64,000 nucleotides of DNA from Octopus sinensis (taxonomy: Eukaryota), in NCBI RefSeq assembly GCF_006345805.1, contig NC_043002.1, positions 81,096,001 to 81,160,000 of the forward strand, in the 5' to 3' direction. This document shows positions 1 to 13,400 of this stretch, piece by piece (the stretch's first letter is position 1; each line of letters starts with the position of its first letter). The notes below the pieces were generated by a model, which was not told the origin of the DNA, did not search any database, and worked only from the letters and a program-made list of their open reading frames with translations. A program made the translations under genes and the position numbers.

Positions 1-117
1 TAAAAAACCTTTACAGTCAACCTGCTACCTGCACAACCAGCCTGATGATCTGTGGCCCCTATGATGCCAAGCATGCTGTAACTTCTGAAAAGTTACTGGA
101 ATGCAAACCCTCTAAAA

Positions 118-628
118 CAGGGGATTCTCAACCATTTTTTCATCTATAGGGCCCTTTGACTAGTTCTTTATTTTGGTGGACCCTCATAGCCATTCGATGT
201 TTAAAACTTAGTTTTATAGAAACTTCTTTCAGAATTACTATTTTGTTTTTCCTACTTTACCTTGTGTAGGTTGAGCAATGTAAAATATTGGAGAAAGAAA
301 CCTAGTCGTTTCTTGCAATGCATACCAATACATACATCGAAAGCAAAATTCTTTCAGTGGTCTTTAAAATATTATTGTGGATCTCCAAACTACTTTTCTG
401 TGTGGAGCCCAAAATATCTTATGTAGACCTTCATTGAGCAATGTAAAATATTGGAGAAAGAAACCTAGTCGTTTCTTGCAATGCATACCAATACATACAT
501 CGAAAGCAAAATTCTTTCAGTGGTCTTTAAAATATTATTGTGGATCTCCAAACTACTTTTCTGTGTGGAGCCCAAAATATCTTATGTGGACCTTCATGGG
601 CCATACGGAACCCGGTTGAGAACCGCTG
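118..628. mobile_element. hAT-like MITE with an internal 163-bp tandem duplication
   Basis: TIRs CAGGGGATTCTCAACC (118-133) and GGTTGAGAACCGCTG (614-628); body homologous to 28055-28397; 271-433 repeated at 434-596; no clean TSD. Confidence 0.8.
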
Positions 629-694
629 CAACAGTATCTATTTTCCCAATAACCTATGAAGGATTCATATTACCTGCAACGTAATATTGTTTTT

Positions 695-840
695 CAAATT
701 TTGGCACAAGGCCAGGAATTCCAGGAGCAGGGGTAAGTCGATTATATCAAATCCCAATGTGCAACTGGTACCTATTTTATCGACCTCGAAAGGATGAAAG
801 GCAGAGTTGACACGGGTGACATTTGAACTCAGAATGTAAA
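695..840 (-). mobile_element. tRNA-derived SINE family A, partial
   Basis: Reverse complement of the family core (GAGTTCAAAT...CTTTCATCCTTTCGAGGTCGATAAAATAGGTACCAGT). Confidence 0.75.
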
Positions 841-1098
841 AGTTGGAAGGCAAGTGAGTAAAAAACTTGTTGAACATTAACAAACTACCTCATAGCTTCA
901 AGTAAAGCGTGCACAGTTGGGATACCTGAGGTTTTCCAGCTGTTCGCCGTTAATTAATCCGTTATACTGATATAAGTTTATACTAAGGGAGAGCATTGTT
1001 ATTGAAGAAACACCTGTACTCATACTTGTGTCTGTACGTGCGTGTGTGTGTGTGTGCGTGTGTAAATCCCTCTCTCTCTCTTTTTTCTGTGTATATAA

Positions 1099-1234
<136 letters not shown>

Positions 1235-1254
1235 CATGAGCACTCATAGAGCGC

Positions 1255-1612
1255 AAACCTCCGCCAAGTTAACACCAACATCCTCTCAACGATTAGCCAA
1301 ATATGATTTTTGAAATGAGAATATCTGAAATAAACTCGATTGCTCTCACAAACGAGAATACTAAAAATGAACATGACTGCTCTCAAAAATTAAGTAAAAA
1401 AAACAGTAGAAGTAATTCAGAATCCTTGTCCAGCACCAAATCGATCCCAAAATCTAATAAGTTCGTGCCACCTCACGAAGCCAAACATTCCTGAAAGTTT
1501 CATCCGAATTCATCCAGCGGTTCTTCAGATATCTTGTCCACAGACAAACAAACAAACAAACAAACACGATACAAAAGAATACCTCCGCATTCGCTAAGCC
1601 GGAGGCAATAAT
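1255..1612 (+). mobile_element. Non-autonomous Helentron/DINE-1-like (HINE) element
   Basis: 5' ACCTCCGCC (1257-1265); core CGATCCCAAAATCTAATAAGTTCG...GAAAGTTTCATCC; (CAAA)n tract; 3' stem-loop CCTCCGC-ATTCGCTAA-GCCGGAGG (1582-1605). Confidence 0.55.
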
Positions 1613-1616
1613 GCTT

Positions 1617-1755
1617 TCAAATTTTGGCACAAGGCCAGCCATTTCAGGGGAGAGTGTAAGTTGATTGAATCGAACCCCAATGTGAAACTGCAACCTATTT
1701 TATCGACCCCGTAAAGATGAAAGGCAGAGTCGACACGGGCAGCATTTGAACTCAA
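1617..1755 (-). mobile_element. SINE family A, partial
   Basis: TTTATCGACCCCGTAAAGATGAAAGGCAGAGTCGAC...TTTGAACTC, the reverse complement of the core. Confidence 0.75.
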
Positions 1756-1810
1756 ATTCAATTTTAAAAAGCCCAAAGGCACATAAATACATAGATATAT
1801 ATATGTATAC

Positions 1811-1977
1811 GACGGGTTTCTTTGAGTTTCCGTCTACAAAATCCACTTACAAGGCTTTGGTGGGCCCGAGGCTATAACAGGAGACACTTTCCCAAGGTGT
1901 CGCGCAATGGGACTGACCCAGAACCCTGTGGTCGGGAACGAAGCTTCTTAACCACCCACACTGCTACGCCTGCGCCT
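1811..1977 (-). mobile_element. SINE family B (tRNA head plus CORE-like domain)
   Basis: Reverse complement matches the head GGCGCAGG...GTGTGG and core CACCTTGGG.AAGTGTCT...TATAGCCTCGGGCC of 26425 and 45376. Confidence 0.85.
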
Positions 1978-2019
1978 ATTAGTGTTAATAAAAATATTGA
2001 TAATCTTTTCTGTTTAAAG

Positions 2020-2208
2020 GCACAAGGCCTGAAATTTGGGCCGGGAGGATAGTCGATTACTTCGGTCCCAGTACTCGACTGGTACTTATTTCATTGATCG
2101 CGAAAGAAGAGTCGACCTCGACGGAATTTGAACTCAGAACGTAAAGACGGACGAAATAACGCTAAGCATTTCGTCCGGCGAGCTAACGTTTCTGCCAGCT
2201 CGCCGCCT
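2020..2208 (-). mobile_element. SINE family A, near full length
   Basis: Ends in CTGCCAGCTCGCCGCC (head on minus strand); B-box-like GAGTTCAAATTCC on minus. Confidence 0.9.
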
Positions 2209-2227
2209 TACCCACAACGTAATACAA

Positions 2228-2230
<3 letters not shown>

Positions 2231-2318
<88 letters not shown>
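2231..2318. repeat. (AAT)n microsatellite between inverted SINEs
   Basis: Direct reading. Confidence 0.97.
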
Positions 2319-2321
<3 letters not shown>

Positions 2322-2331
2322 GCAATGTTAA

Positions 2332-2530
2332 GGCGACGAGATGGCAGAAACATTAGCACGCCGAGCAAAATGCTTAGAGTGTTGCGTCTGTCTTTACGTT
2401 CTGAGTTCAAATTCCTCCCAGGTTCACTTTGCTTTTCATCATTCCGGGGTCAATAAATCAAGTACTAGTTGCATTCTGAGGTTGACTGGCTCCTCCACCA
2501 AAATTTCGGGTTTTGTGCGAGAATATAAAT
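2332..2530 (+). mobile_element. SINE family A
   Basis: Head GGCGACGAGATGGCAGAAACATTAGC, then TTCTGAGTTCAAATTCC and core CTTTTCATCATTCCGGGGTCAATAAA. Confidence 0.88.
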
Positions 2531-2825
2531 AATACTGCAATGGTTTAAAAGAGAGCGTGCATGATTTAAATTTATATATTTTCCCCAGAACAAAAAAAAA
2601 AAAAGCAAAAGGCAAGTAAGTAAAAAACGTGTTTCTTGAACATTAACAAGCTACCTCATAGCTTCAAGTAAAGCGTGCACAGTTGGGATACCTGAGGTTT
2701 TCCAGCTGTTCGTCGTTAATTGATCCGTTACACTCACATAAGTTTATTCTAAGGGAGAGCATTGTTATTGTAGAGACACCTGTACTCATATTTGTGAATG
2801 CATGTGTGTGTGTGTGTATGTATAA

Positions 2826-3062
<237 letters not shown>

Positions 3063-3283
3063 TAGAGAGTCGCACGTTCACGCTCACGCACACACACGCT
3101 CAGGCGCACGTACATACAGAAAAAAGGAGAGAAAAATAGAGATTCCTACTTATATTCATACCAGCGTATATAGAAATATTTACGTAGAAATACATAACGT
3201 ATGATATATGAGTGTGTGTGCAAATAATTTCTTAACACACGCTCGTATATACATACACACACACATATATATATATATATTTA

Positions 3284-3379
<96 letters not shown>

Positions 3380-3394
3380 TATATACACATGTAT

Positions 3395-4207
3395 ACAGGC
3401 GCATTGTTTGTTTTTGGCTTTGTCTACTACACAGTTCAGTAGGGTCAGCCGGGCACTATCTGTGAGAAAAACAGCGCCATGACGCAATTCGCTCTGCCAG
3501 ACATTTCAAAATAACATTCTGTAGTGCTTAGCTTTCACGCCTGAAGCTCCAATATAAACATTTCAGAATGTTTGAGTGTCAATCTGAGGACAATGTAATC
3601 TGAGGACATGCACCGAGGGAGAAAAAAATCAAATATCTAGTCAACTTCATTGTATTTGGAGTAATCACTAGTGATGACGACGTTATGCCTCCATTCATCT
3701 TCCCTCTACAGCCTGAGATACAGAAGCCTACATCAAGTGCCTGGAGGAGGTAGTGCTGATCAGGATGAAGAGTGTGGCAGCTGGAAGACCCTATGTCTGG
3801 CAACAGAACTCTGCACCATGCTACACAAGCAGGAGAACCCAGTTACGGCTGTCAGACAATTTCTGAGACCACATCACCCCTAACATCTGGCCACCTAACT
3901 ACCCAAACTGCAACACCCTTGATTATCATGTGTGAGGCGCAGTTGAGCGAGAGACCAACAAAACTCCTTGCAACACCAAAGATGAACTGAAGGCAAGGCT
4001 TATGGCAGCATTCACCGACTTAAACCATCCAGAAGAGTTACAGGAGATTCCAAAATCGTCTGGAGGCCGTGGTTGAAGCCAACGACGATTTCATTAGTAA
4101 TTCAAGATATTTTAATGTAATTTTGGTAAATATATTTGTTAAAATGAGATGTCAGTGGTCTTTACATTTTTACGTGATTTAGACGATAGCTTCATCATTG
4201 CACCCTG
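3395..4207 (+). mobile_element. Tc1/mariner DD37D (maT-like) transposon remnant, transposase pseudogene
   Basis: 3630-4095 translates, with stops and frameshifts, to VFGVITSDDDVMPPFIFP...EAYIKCLEEVV...GRPYVWQQNSAPCYTSRRTQ...WPPNYPNCNTLDY...RFQNRLEAVVEAN; 37 residues lie between the second (D mutated to N) and third catalytic positions; right end TGCACCCTG followed by TA at 4208-4209; left end uncertain. Confidence 0.88.
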
Positions 4208-4466
4208 TATTGCGTTTGAGCCTCTGGCCGAGAGCTGATGAAAAATTGGTGACCTTCTGTGTTTTTCATTCGCCTGTGTATTTAGCATATGCTCGTTTGT
4301 TTACTTATCATACTTCTTTTTTAAATCGTATATATGGGTATGTCATATTTTTGGTTTTTGTCTTATAATTTAAAAACATATAGATAGTTAGATAGATGGA
4401 GCTGCATGAAACGATCGTACTGCATTACCTGTGGATATATTTGTTGCTTATTTTGGCTATATTTAT

Positions 4467-4540
<74 letters not shown>
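4467..4540. repeat. (GATA)n microsatellite
   Basis: Direct reading. Confidence 0.97.
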
Positions 4541-4541
<1 letters not shown>

Positions 4542-5161
4542 CAGGTTTCATGTAAGTTGATTTGAGATGCTTAAAATGATCACATCTGTCCAAATAACAA
4601 TTTATGTTTAGTTATTTAGACAAGAATGATAGAATGATGGGTGTAATTTCTTTTTCACTCATTTCAAACCTATTTAAGGTCTGTTTCTTATACTATAGCA
4701 GTGGTAAGTTGCATTTTATTGAGTTGCGAGTTAACACAAGTAAATATTTCTCTGTAAATATAGTCGGTTCAAGTGCACCAAAAGGGAAACAGAGAGTGGG
4801 TGAGAGGGAGAGAGAAAGTGAGAAAGAGAACGAGAGAGAGAAAGAAAGAATGAAACACACCAGCACACATGTGCACATATATATTCATACATATCCATAT
4901 ATATATATACATACACACATGACACACACACGTACACAAACACTCACGCAAACACACACACATACGCATCACAAGCAGAAACAGACACAGTCCGGCTGGT
5001 AAATGCGTAAGTAAAATTTATTTTAAGTATTTTAATTGAAATGCATATCATGTACCTATATACATATCTACCTTTTATCACCTCTCCTTTCAAGAATTAT
5101 GAACATATATATATATATATACAAAAATACATATATATATATATGTATGTATGCATGTAGG

Positions 5162-5218
<57 letters not shown>

Positions 5219-6714
5219 ATATGCGTGTAGGTGTATGAGTATAAATATATATATACATCATGTAGGTAATTAGGTAATTATTATGATCGTTTGGTTTTAT
5301 AAATTTGATAGAGTTTATTCACGAGATGAAATAAAATTTATAGATTTTATTTTTGATGCTGCAACAGCATAATTTACAACTTCATGTTTCATGGTCGCAA
5401 TGTTCTGTACTTAGAAGTTTAGACGATATTTACTACCTCCATGTAATATACAGAGTAAAAATTTAGTAAAAACAAAAAAATTATCGGCGATTAAAAGAAT
5501 ATTGAAAATCCTGAAGCTTCTTTATGTAAAAATCAAAAGGATTGATAGAATTGCAGAAATGTAATTCTGGATAAATAAAAGAATAAAGTGCGATGTAATA
5601 ATAAAATAATAAAATTAATTATTAAAAAATGTGAACGTTAAATTAAAAATGAAAACGTAAAGGGAAATAATTATGTAAAGGGACTAAATGAAAGAGTCGA
5701 CATACTAGTATTATGACATAGTTTTATTACACCTACAATCAAAATAATGTTTATGCATTGCGTGCGGAACACTACGGCTGAGCCCATTACGCATATAAAG
5801 GCATTCATATACACCATAATATAATACAGCATTTTGATATTTTATGTTATCATTTTCATGCTTAATTCAATCGTTTTATTTCTCTCGTTTTATATTGTTA
5901 TTTATTCCAGAATATTTTCTTATTATTCCATCCTTTTGATGTCTTCTTTCTCTTTCTCATTTCGAAATCTCCGTGTACGCAGTGTACTGTTCATGAATAT
6001 ACTGGAATTACTTTCACTTGGTACGTTATAAATCGTGAAATATTTGGGCAAAAGCATTGTTACCTGAAGATCGAAAACATACGACGATAACTGTATTTTA
6101 TAACATTGGAGCTTTTACTGCTTTCTGCCCTTTGCACCATTACTGTAACAAAAGCTACAAGAAGAGCTTCAGCTGCTACTGTTGATTCTGCTAATGAGAC
6201 AGATACAACTACCAGGTTGCTACCATTGCTGCTGCTTTTACAAATAGCCGCTCCTTGACACCAAAACTGACAGTCGGAACAAAAGACAACTGCTACTATT
6301 AAATTCATATTACTATTATAACCCAGCATCCATCAGAAGATCAGCGACCACCATCATACTAATTTTGTAAGAAAAACATAATGACATCCTAAACTGATAT
6401 TATGAAGAATTAATTTATGTCAATACATTTCCATTGTCTTACAGCATGACTAAGTAGATGTAATTGAAACCGGTTGCATATTTTGATAAAAATATTTTTT
6501 TCTTTTATTCATGATAAAGTTACACAGCATTTTCTTCCTTTTGTTTTTAATTAACACGGGTGAAACTCCTTCACCTTTTCAATCTATATGTATATACATA
6601 CATATATATATGTATATGCGTTCGGACATGCATACATACACACACACACACACACACTCACAAACATACACACACATATATACATAGTGACAGAAAGCTA
6701 ACTAGCTAGATAGT

Positions 6715-6725
6715 TAGATAAATAA

Positions 6726-6776
<51 letters not shown>

Positions 6777-6778
6777 GC

Positions 6779-6858
<80 letters not shown>

Positions 6859-6860
6859 CA
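6715..6860. repeat. (GATA)n/(GACA)n microsatellite
   Basis: Direct reading. Confidence 0.95.
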
Positions 6861-7149
6861 GATGATATACAACAGGAGAGTTTGTTCCTAGTTATACGTG
6901 TGTAATATATATATATGCATACATATATACACACTTAAACCTTTGATCCAGAAAACGCAAGTGGTCACGTGACAAAATGTTCAACACACATTTGTTATCA
7001 CTTCATTGGAAAACCAGCTGAAAAGTTTGAATAGCAAAATTTTAATTTGAAGATTTCAGCAAGGAGTGCTACTGTTCTGAAGCTGAAAGCTAAGTCTCTT
7101 CAAAGTTAGATTTTTTAAATTTCTGTGAATGCTCCTGATTATATAACTG

Positions 7150-7730
7150 TTCTGGATGACTTCTGTGAAAACATTAGTGTACTACTTGTTCTACTGAATG
7201 AGACATCGTTGTTGCAGCCGATGGACTAGAGCTAATAGCAATGAACCCTCAGACAAAAGCGATGGTATTCTCGATTGAAGACCTATATTTTTTAATGCTT
7301 AGGTCCTGCTTATACCACCGAATACGACACCGTTGTTGCAGCCAACTGACCAGAGCTAATAGCAATATTCAGTCCTGCTAATTACGAAAGCAAGTTCAGA
7401 TTATCGAGGAAATAATGGGACAATATGCAATTATTCTTATGGATTTCTGGAAGACCATTATCTTACAGTTACCTATGGTGTCCTCTATATGACTATTAAT
7501 ACTTAGAAGGGTGATTACCTCCTCATGGCGTGAGGCAGGATTGGATATTTTAATTTGAAATGAAGGAATATGAAGAAAACGCAAGAAGTTCACAAATATC
7601 TTTTCCTTTATCTGTAGTGAAGTTCTTACAATTGCTAGCTAGCAGTATAGAATTCACTGGAAAATGCCATTGATGCACGGCGTTGAGTGCAATAAAAGCT
7701 ATTTGGAAAAATATGATACCTCGATGCTGG
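7150..7730 (+). pseudogene. pogo/Tigger DDE transposase remnant
   Basis: ENISVLLVLLNETSLLQPMD* (7167-7230) and LLIPPNTTPLLQPTDQ (7306-7353) match the Tigger motif FLPPNTTSLLQPMDQG; AIWKNMIP near 7698-7720. Confidence 0.7.
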
Positions 7731-8267
7731 ATCACTTTTGGTACCTTTGACATTGATGTTATAAGGGGTGCTACGACCCCTTGGTTTATACCTAGAATAC
7801 AGGACGCAACGTCAGAAAACTACATGAATCGCATATGTACTACGTAGAGACAACCGTTTAGAGTGATGTCGTTTGTTAAGAAAGATCGCCAAAACGAGGA
7901 AATATGAATCTTAAGAAAAGTACGATAGAATTTTCAATTGAAGAACTGTGTTTCTTTTATAACATTTATCTTTTACTTAATTTATAAACGGATAGATAAT
8001 AGAGAGCATATAGAGAGAAAGTTGTGAAGTTAAAAGACAAGTTGAAAACACACTTCGCTGCTAAAAGCTTATACATAAAAGGAAGAAAATAAAATCAAAA
8101 CAAACATTCCTTTTACAATATTTAAAAAAAAAAACGATGAAAACAGGTAATTTCTTCTTTTCTCTTGCATATTCAGGTCCAATTCAATAAACTTGTAAAG
8201 GATGAAATGGTGTTTCATTCAAATATTTGCGTCTTCATTTATATTGATTTTTAAGGCTCTGTGTGTA

Positions 8268-8326
<59 letters not shown>

Positions 8327-8429
8327 GTGTGTCAGAAAATTAAGAAGTGTTTTTCAACGTTTAGACATCAAGCAATAAGTTCACATATGTTTATATATTC
8401 TAATAGTGTTGCTTTGATTATTTCGGTGC

Positions 8430-8935
8430 ATCTGCTTATAGTATTTGGCAGTCATTTAAGTCGCCCTTTTACTCCGCCTTGAAGGCTTTATTTGAACAAA
8501 TCAACATACTTTTTAAAGTCTGGTACTAAACTTATTGGCCACTTTTGCCGAACTGCTAAGGTACAGAGACGTAAACAAACCAACAACGGTTGCTAAGCGA
8601 TAGTAGAGATCAAAACCAAAGATACACGCATATATTTGACACGTATATATGAATATATATATATATACAGCGGTGGTGCCCCAGCATGGCCGCGGCCTTC
8701 GGGCTAAAACATTTTTAAGGATTTAATGATACACATACACACACACACACACTCACACAAACGCTAAAACATATATATAATATGTGTGTGTGTTTCTACT
8801 TGTGTGTGCGTGTGTCTGTGTCTGTGTGTCTATCTGTCTACGATGGGCTTCCACTCTGTTTTCCGTCTACTATATTCACGCACAAAGAATTTGTCGTCTT
8901 GTGGTTATAGCAGAAGATATTTGTCCAACGTAACT
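8430..8935 (-). mobile_element. Degenerate SINE family B (3' part 8430-8610, core 8838-8935) interrupted by microsatellites
   Basis: TTTTGCCGAACTGCTAAG...GTAAAC...CAAC.GGTTG tail and CCGTCTAC...TATAGCAGAAGA.ATTTGTCCAA core, both reverse-complemented. Confidence 0.6.
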
Positions 8936-9494
8936 ACTTCATGTGAGAACGATAAACTCGCTAAATCCAATTCAGATGTCCTGAGGAAATGGCCGACTGC
9001 ATTATATTCCGAGAGATTGAGACACAATGTCATTCTGTAAAATGCACGAATGACTGACTTATGAGCTAATGATATTGCATAAAAAAAAATTCTCATGAAC
9101 TGAACATTATAGAAAATACATACGGTCATAATATAAGGAAAACTGTTGCCTATAATACCTCCTCAATTTCTTATCTAATGCTGCAAATTTTGCCAGCAAA
9201 AATAAAAGGGCCGAATGAAAAAATATGACAAAATATGTTGGGTCTCCATCTTTCTCCCTCCGAGAAGAATTTTCCAACTCCAAACTCGAGAAAAAAATAA
9301 ACTTAGAAGTGATTCTCTACCCATAAGCACATACTATCTCACTCTCACTCTCCCTCTCTCTTTGTCTCTCTCTCTCTCTCTGCCTCCCTCTCTCCCTCTC
9401 TCTCCAGCTCTCTCTGTCTCTGTCGCTGTCTCTCTCTCACTGTCATTAAAGCAGTCTCCAACGAACAGAACGCGTGAATTACGAGTAATAAATT

Positions 9495-9685
9495 TTCGCA
9501 AAAGGCCACCAAGTCAGGGAGAGGGTATAAGTCGATTAGATCGACCCCAGTCCTTAATTGATACTTATTTTATCGAGTCCGAAAGGATGGAAGGCATAGT
9601 CGATTTCGGCGTGATTTGAGCTCAGACCGTAAGGACTGGGAATGAAATGCCGCTAAGTATTTTGCCCGACATACTCACCACCTAA
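9495..9685 (-). mobile_element. SINE family A
   Basis: GTCGATTAGATCGACCCCAGT...TTTATCGAGTCCGAAAGGATGGAAGGCATAGTCGA...TTTGAGCTCAGA. Confidence 0.8.
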
Positions 9686-9702
9686 TTGCGAATAAAATAA
9701 TA

Positions 9703-10781
9703 CAGTGATCCCTCACCATATCGCGATTCACTTTCCACGCACTCAGTACATCACGGATTTTTTTGGTTAATATATTTAAATTGATAAGGCGGCGAGCTGG
9801 GAGAAACGTTAGCGTGCCGGGCAAAATGCGTAGCCGTATTTCGTCTGCCGTTACGTTCTGAGTTCAAATTCCGCCGAGGTCGACTTCGCCTTTCATCCTT
9901 TCGGGGTCGATAAATTAAGTACCAGCTACGCACTGGGATCGATGTAATCGACTTAATCCGTTTGTCTGTCCTTGTTTGTCCCCTCCATGTTTAGCCCCTT
10001 GTAGGTAATAAAGAAACAGGTATTTCGTCTGCCTCTAAGTTCAAATTCCGCCAAAGTCGACTTTGCCTTTCATCCTTTTGGGGTCGATAAATTAAGTACC
10101 AGTTACGCACTGGGGTCGATGTAATCGACTTAATCCGTTTGTCTGCTCTTGTTTGTCCCCTCTGTAACCCCTTGTGGGCAGTAAAGAAATAGGTATTTCG
10201 TCTGACTTTGCGTTCTGAGTTCAAATTCCCCCAAGGTCGACTTTGCCTTTCATCCTTTCGAAGTCGATAAATTAAGTATCAGTTGCGTACTGGGGTCGAT
10301 CTAATCGACTGGACCCAACCCCAAATATTTCGGGCCTTGTTCGTTGAGTAGAAAAGAATATATGTAAATTTATGACGCAGATCCCTCACTATGTTGCCGG
10401 TTTCTGCTGCCGATAGGTACTTATATTTTTTAGATTTTAATAATTTCTGTGGTAAAATAAGCATTTTCACGCTTAAGAATTAATAAATAAAAATAGAGTA
10501 TAGTCCTGCACTGTATAAGACATTAATTAAAATATTTATAAAAAGAAAATATGTAGTGTACCGTAGATGAGTAAACAAAAAATCGCACATACTAAATGGA
10601 AAACGAAACTCGGAAGGCGAGTGTGTGATGTTGTTTTGCATTTATAATAAAATGAATATATACAAATTATAAAATTGAGTTTAAAAAATACAGACAGTAT
10701 AGTACTGTTTCTACTTCGCGGATTTTCACCTATTGCAGCAGGTTTTGGAACGTAACATCCGCGATAGTGAAAGGATTGCTG
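9703..10781. mobile_element. Tigger/pogo-like MITE with nested SINE trimer
   Basis: Imperfect TIRs CAGTGATCCCTCACCATATCGCG (9703-9725) and CGCGATAGTGAAAGGATTGCTG (10760-10781); TA at 9701-9702 and 10782-10783. Confidence 0.75.
9787..10357 (+). mobile_element. SINE family A tandem trimer
   Basis: One full head GGCGGCGAGCTGGGAGAAACGTTAGC; further units of about 170 bp restart at GTATTTCGTCTG (about 10020 and 10193). Confidence 0.92.
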
Positions 10782-11327
10782 TAACCACAAAAGGTTTGGT
10801 CGGATGCATGCCAGGTCACATTGTTGCTGTATCGGACGTAAAAGGCTATCGTGTGAAGTTTTAGGCAACAGGACTTCAACGCTTTTGATACCAACCCGTC
10901 CGAGACAACCTTTGGTCCTATTGTACAAGCATTTTGTTTTAAACTGATCTAAAATATAACTTCTTACAACATTTTATGTTATTTTGAAGATCAGTTTCAT
11001 TATTTTTCAAATTAATTGCAAGAAAAATGTATATTTTAACTGACATATGGTAACAAAAGGATTACTACAGAAGCATCTCTTATTTTCATCAGTGCATTTT
11101 AACTATATATTTGTGTGTGTGTGTGTGTCTCCCCCCCTCTCTCTCTCTTTCTCTCTCTCTCTCTGTGTATGAGTGCGTGTACATAATGTACTTAATTTAT
11201 ATAAATATACACACATATATATGCATTTATATATACACAGACACAACTATTTTCGACGTGGGTAGGAATATATAAATTCAAGTATGTATATATTCCATAT
11301 ACGTGTGAGTGTGTATGCATGCTTATG

Positions 11328-11328
<1 letters not shown>

Positions 11329-11414
<86 letters not shown>

Positions 11415-11427
11415 AATTATATATATG

Positions 11428-11471
<44 letters not shown>

Positions 11472-11640
11472 TATTTGTGTTTATGTATGTGTGTGCGTAC
11501 GTATATATTTGTGCGTATGCGTGTATGTGTGTATATGTGTGTATGTCTGTGTGTGTTTGTGTGTATGTGTATGTGGGTGAGTGTATGTCGTTGTGTGTGT
11601 GTGTGCGTGCGTGCTTGCGTGCATGTGGGAATATGAAGGT
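11329..11640. repeat. Compound (GATA)n-(TA)n-(TG)n microsatellite
   Basis: Direct reading. Confidence 0.93.
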
Positions 11641-12196
11641 GTAATTGTGTGGGTGTGAGTATGAGGCAACATTAACAAACCTGCAATGTCATGCATCATG
11701 TATCAGAGAAAGATAAAGATCTCAGACATGTTTGTGAACGCGGTCATGTTTAATCAAACTTCTCTTTAGTGAAATATTTCAAGCATGAAATATCTTCAAA
11801 CAAATATTGCTATATATATAGATCATAAATTAAGCAAAGTTAATTTTTACTGTCACTTTTGAAAGTTATGAATATATATGTATGTATACATAAATACATA
11901 CATACATTATATATATATATAGATTACATACATATATATATTTATATATGTATATATATATGTATATGTATATATACATACACGTTCATATATATATATA
12001 TATGTTTGTATACATATGATATATATATTTATATATATGTATATATATGTATATGTGTATATATTCTTATATATGCGCGCGCATGTGTGTGTGTGTGCAC
12101 TTACGTATGTATTCCAAATGCGCAAGTGTGAGATGTTCATATATCTCTCTATATATAGTATGTGTGCGTATGTGCGCATGTATGTGTGCATGCGTG

Positions 12197-12245
<49 letters not shown>

Positions 12246-13074
12246 ATGGGGTTTGCACACTGTGCAAAAATCTAATTAGAAGATTTGGTAACCGTCCATC
12301 TGGCGACTTGCAAAATTAACTGCTTAAAATTATTCATAGAAAATATATCTATTTATCTAACTAGCTTCGCCTACACACATACACACAAGCACACTCACAC
12401 GCATACACACACACATACACACATATACATGCGTATAGATGGAATAGTATTGAACGGTAGCTACAGTATTTACGCTTTTTTTTACATGTTAAAATAGTAT
12501 AGTAAACTGAACAATCGCTCATCTTAAATTCATTTTATTGATACAATATTTTATTAATAAATACAGTGGATTATAATATAATGAATGCAGCGTCCATGAC
12601 ACGTTACAGGGCCTCCAAGTGTCATGAGGATGAGAGATGTAAGTATCCTCAAACTGGAAGCCTGGCATGAATGTCTGCAATAAACTGGCTTCAAATAAAA
12701 AGGCCTTGTTCTGGCGCTAGACAGGGTGACGTGTTAAGTAAGCCATTGCGGAATTTGAATTTAGAAAGCAAAAAGCTGATGAAATATCGCAAGGGATCCA
12801 GTTTCATGTTCTTAAATTCAACCAATCAACGATCTTCGATTGCTTCTTTTCTGTCAACAGCAAAAAGGGGTGAACGACAGAGTTGACATCGGCAGTATTT
12901 GAACTCAGAGCTCAAAAAAAAAAAAAAAAAAGAATCGGAACTAATACTGCAAAGTATTCCGTTCTGACACTCAAACAAATTTGCTAATTCATCAGTATTA
13001 CAGTCATTTGTATCTCCCCTAACTGAACAACGCTCTAAATTATGAATTATTTTTTAGACTCTACCTCATAATAA

Positions 13075-13400
13075 CCGGCACTCCGTCGGTTAGGTCGACG
13101 AGAGTTCTAACCGATCCGATCAACGAAACAACCTGCCCGTAAAATTAACATGCATATAGCTGAGCATTCCACAGACACACATGCCATTAACGTACTTCTG
13201 AGAGTGATTCAGCGTGATACAGAATGTGACGAGGCCGGCTCTTTGAATTTCAGGTACAACTCATTTTTGTCAGCTGTGTGGACAGGAGCAACGTGAAATA
13301 GAGCGTCTTGCTCAAGGACACAACAGTCTGACGGAAATCGAACTCACGACCTTATATTTGTTGGCCGATTACCCTAACCATTAAGCCACGGGCCTTCACC
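13075..13400 (-). mobile_element. tRNA-derived SINE (family C-related, different 3' body)
   Basis: Minus strand: GGCCCGTGGCTTAATGGTTAGGG...GTGAGTTCGATTTCC...GTGTCCTTGAGCAAGACGCT..TTTCACGTTGCTCC.GTCCAC.CAGCTG. Confidence 0.85.
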
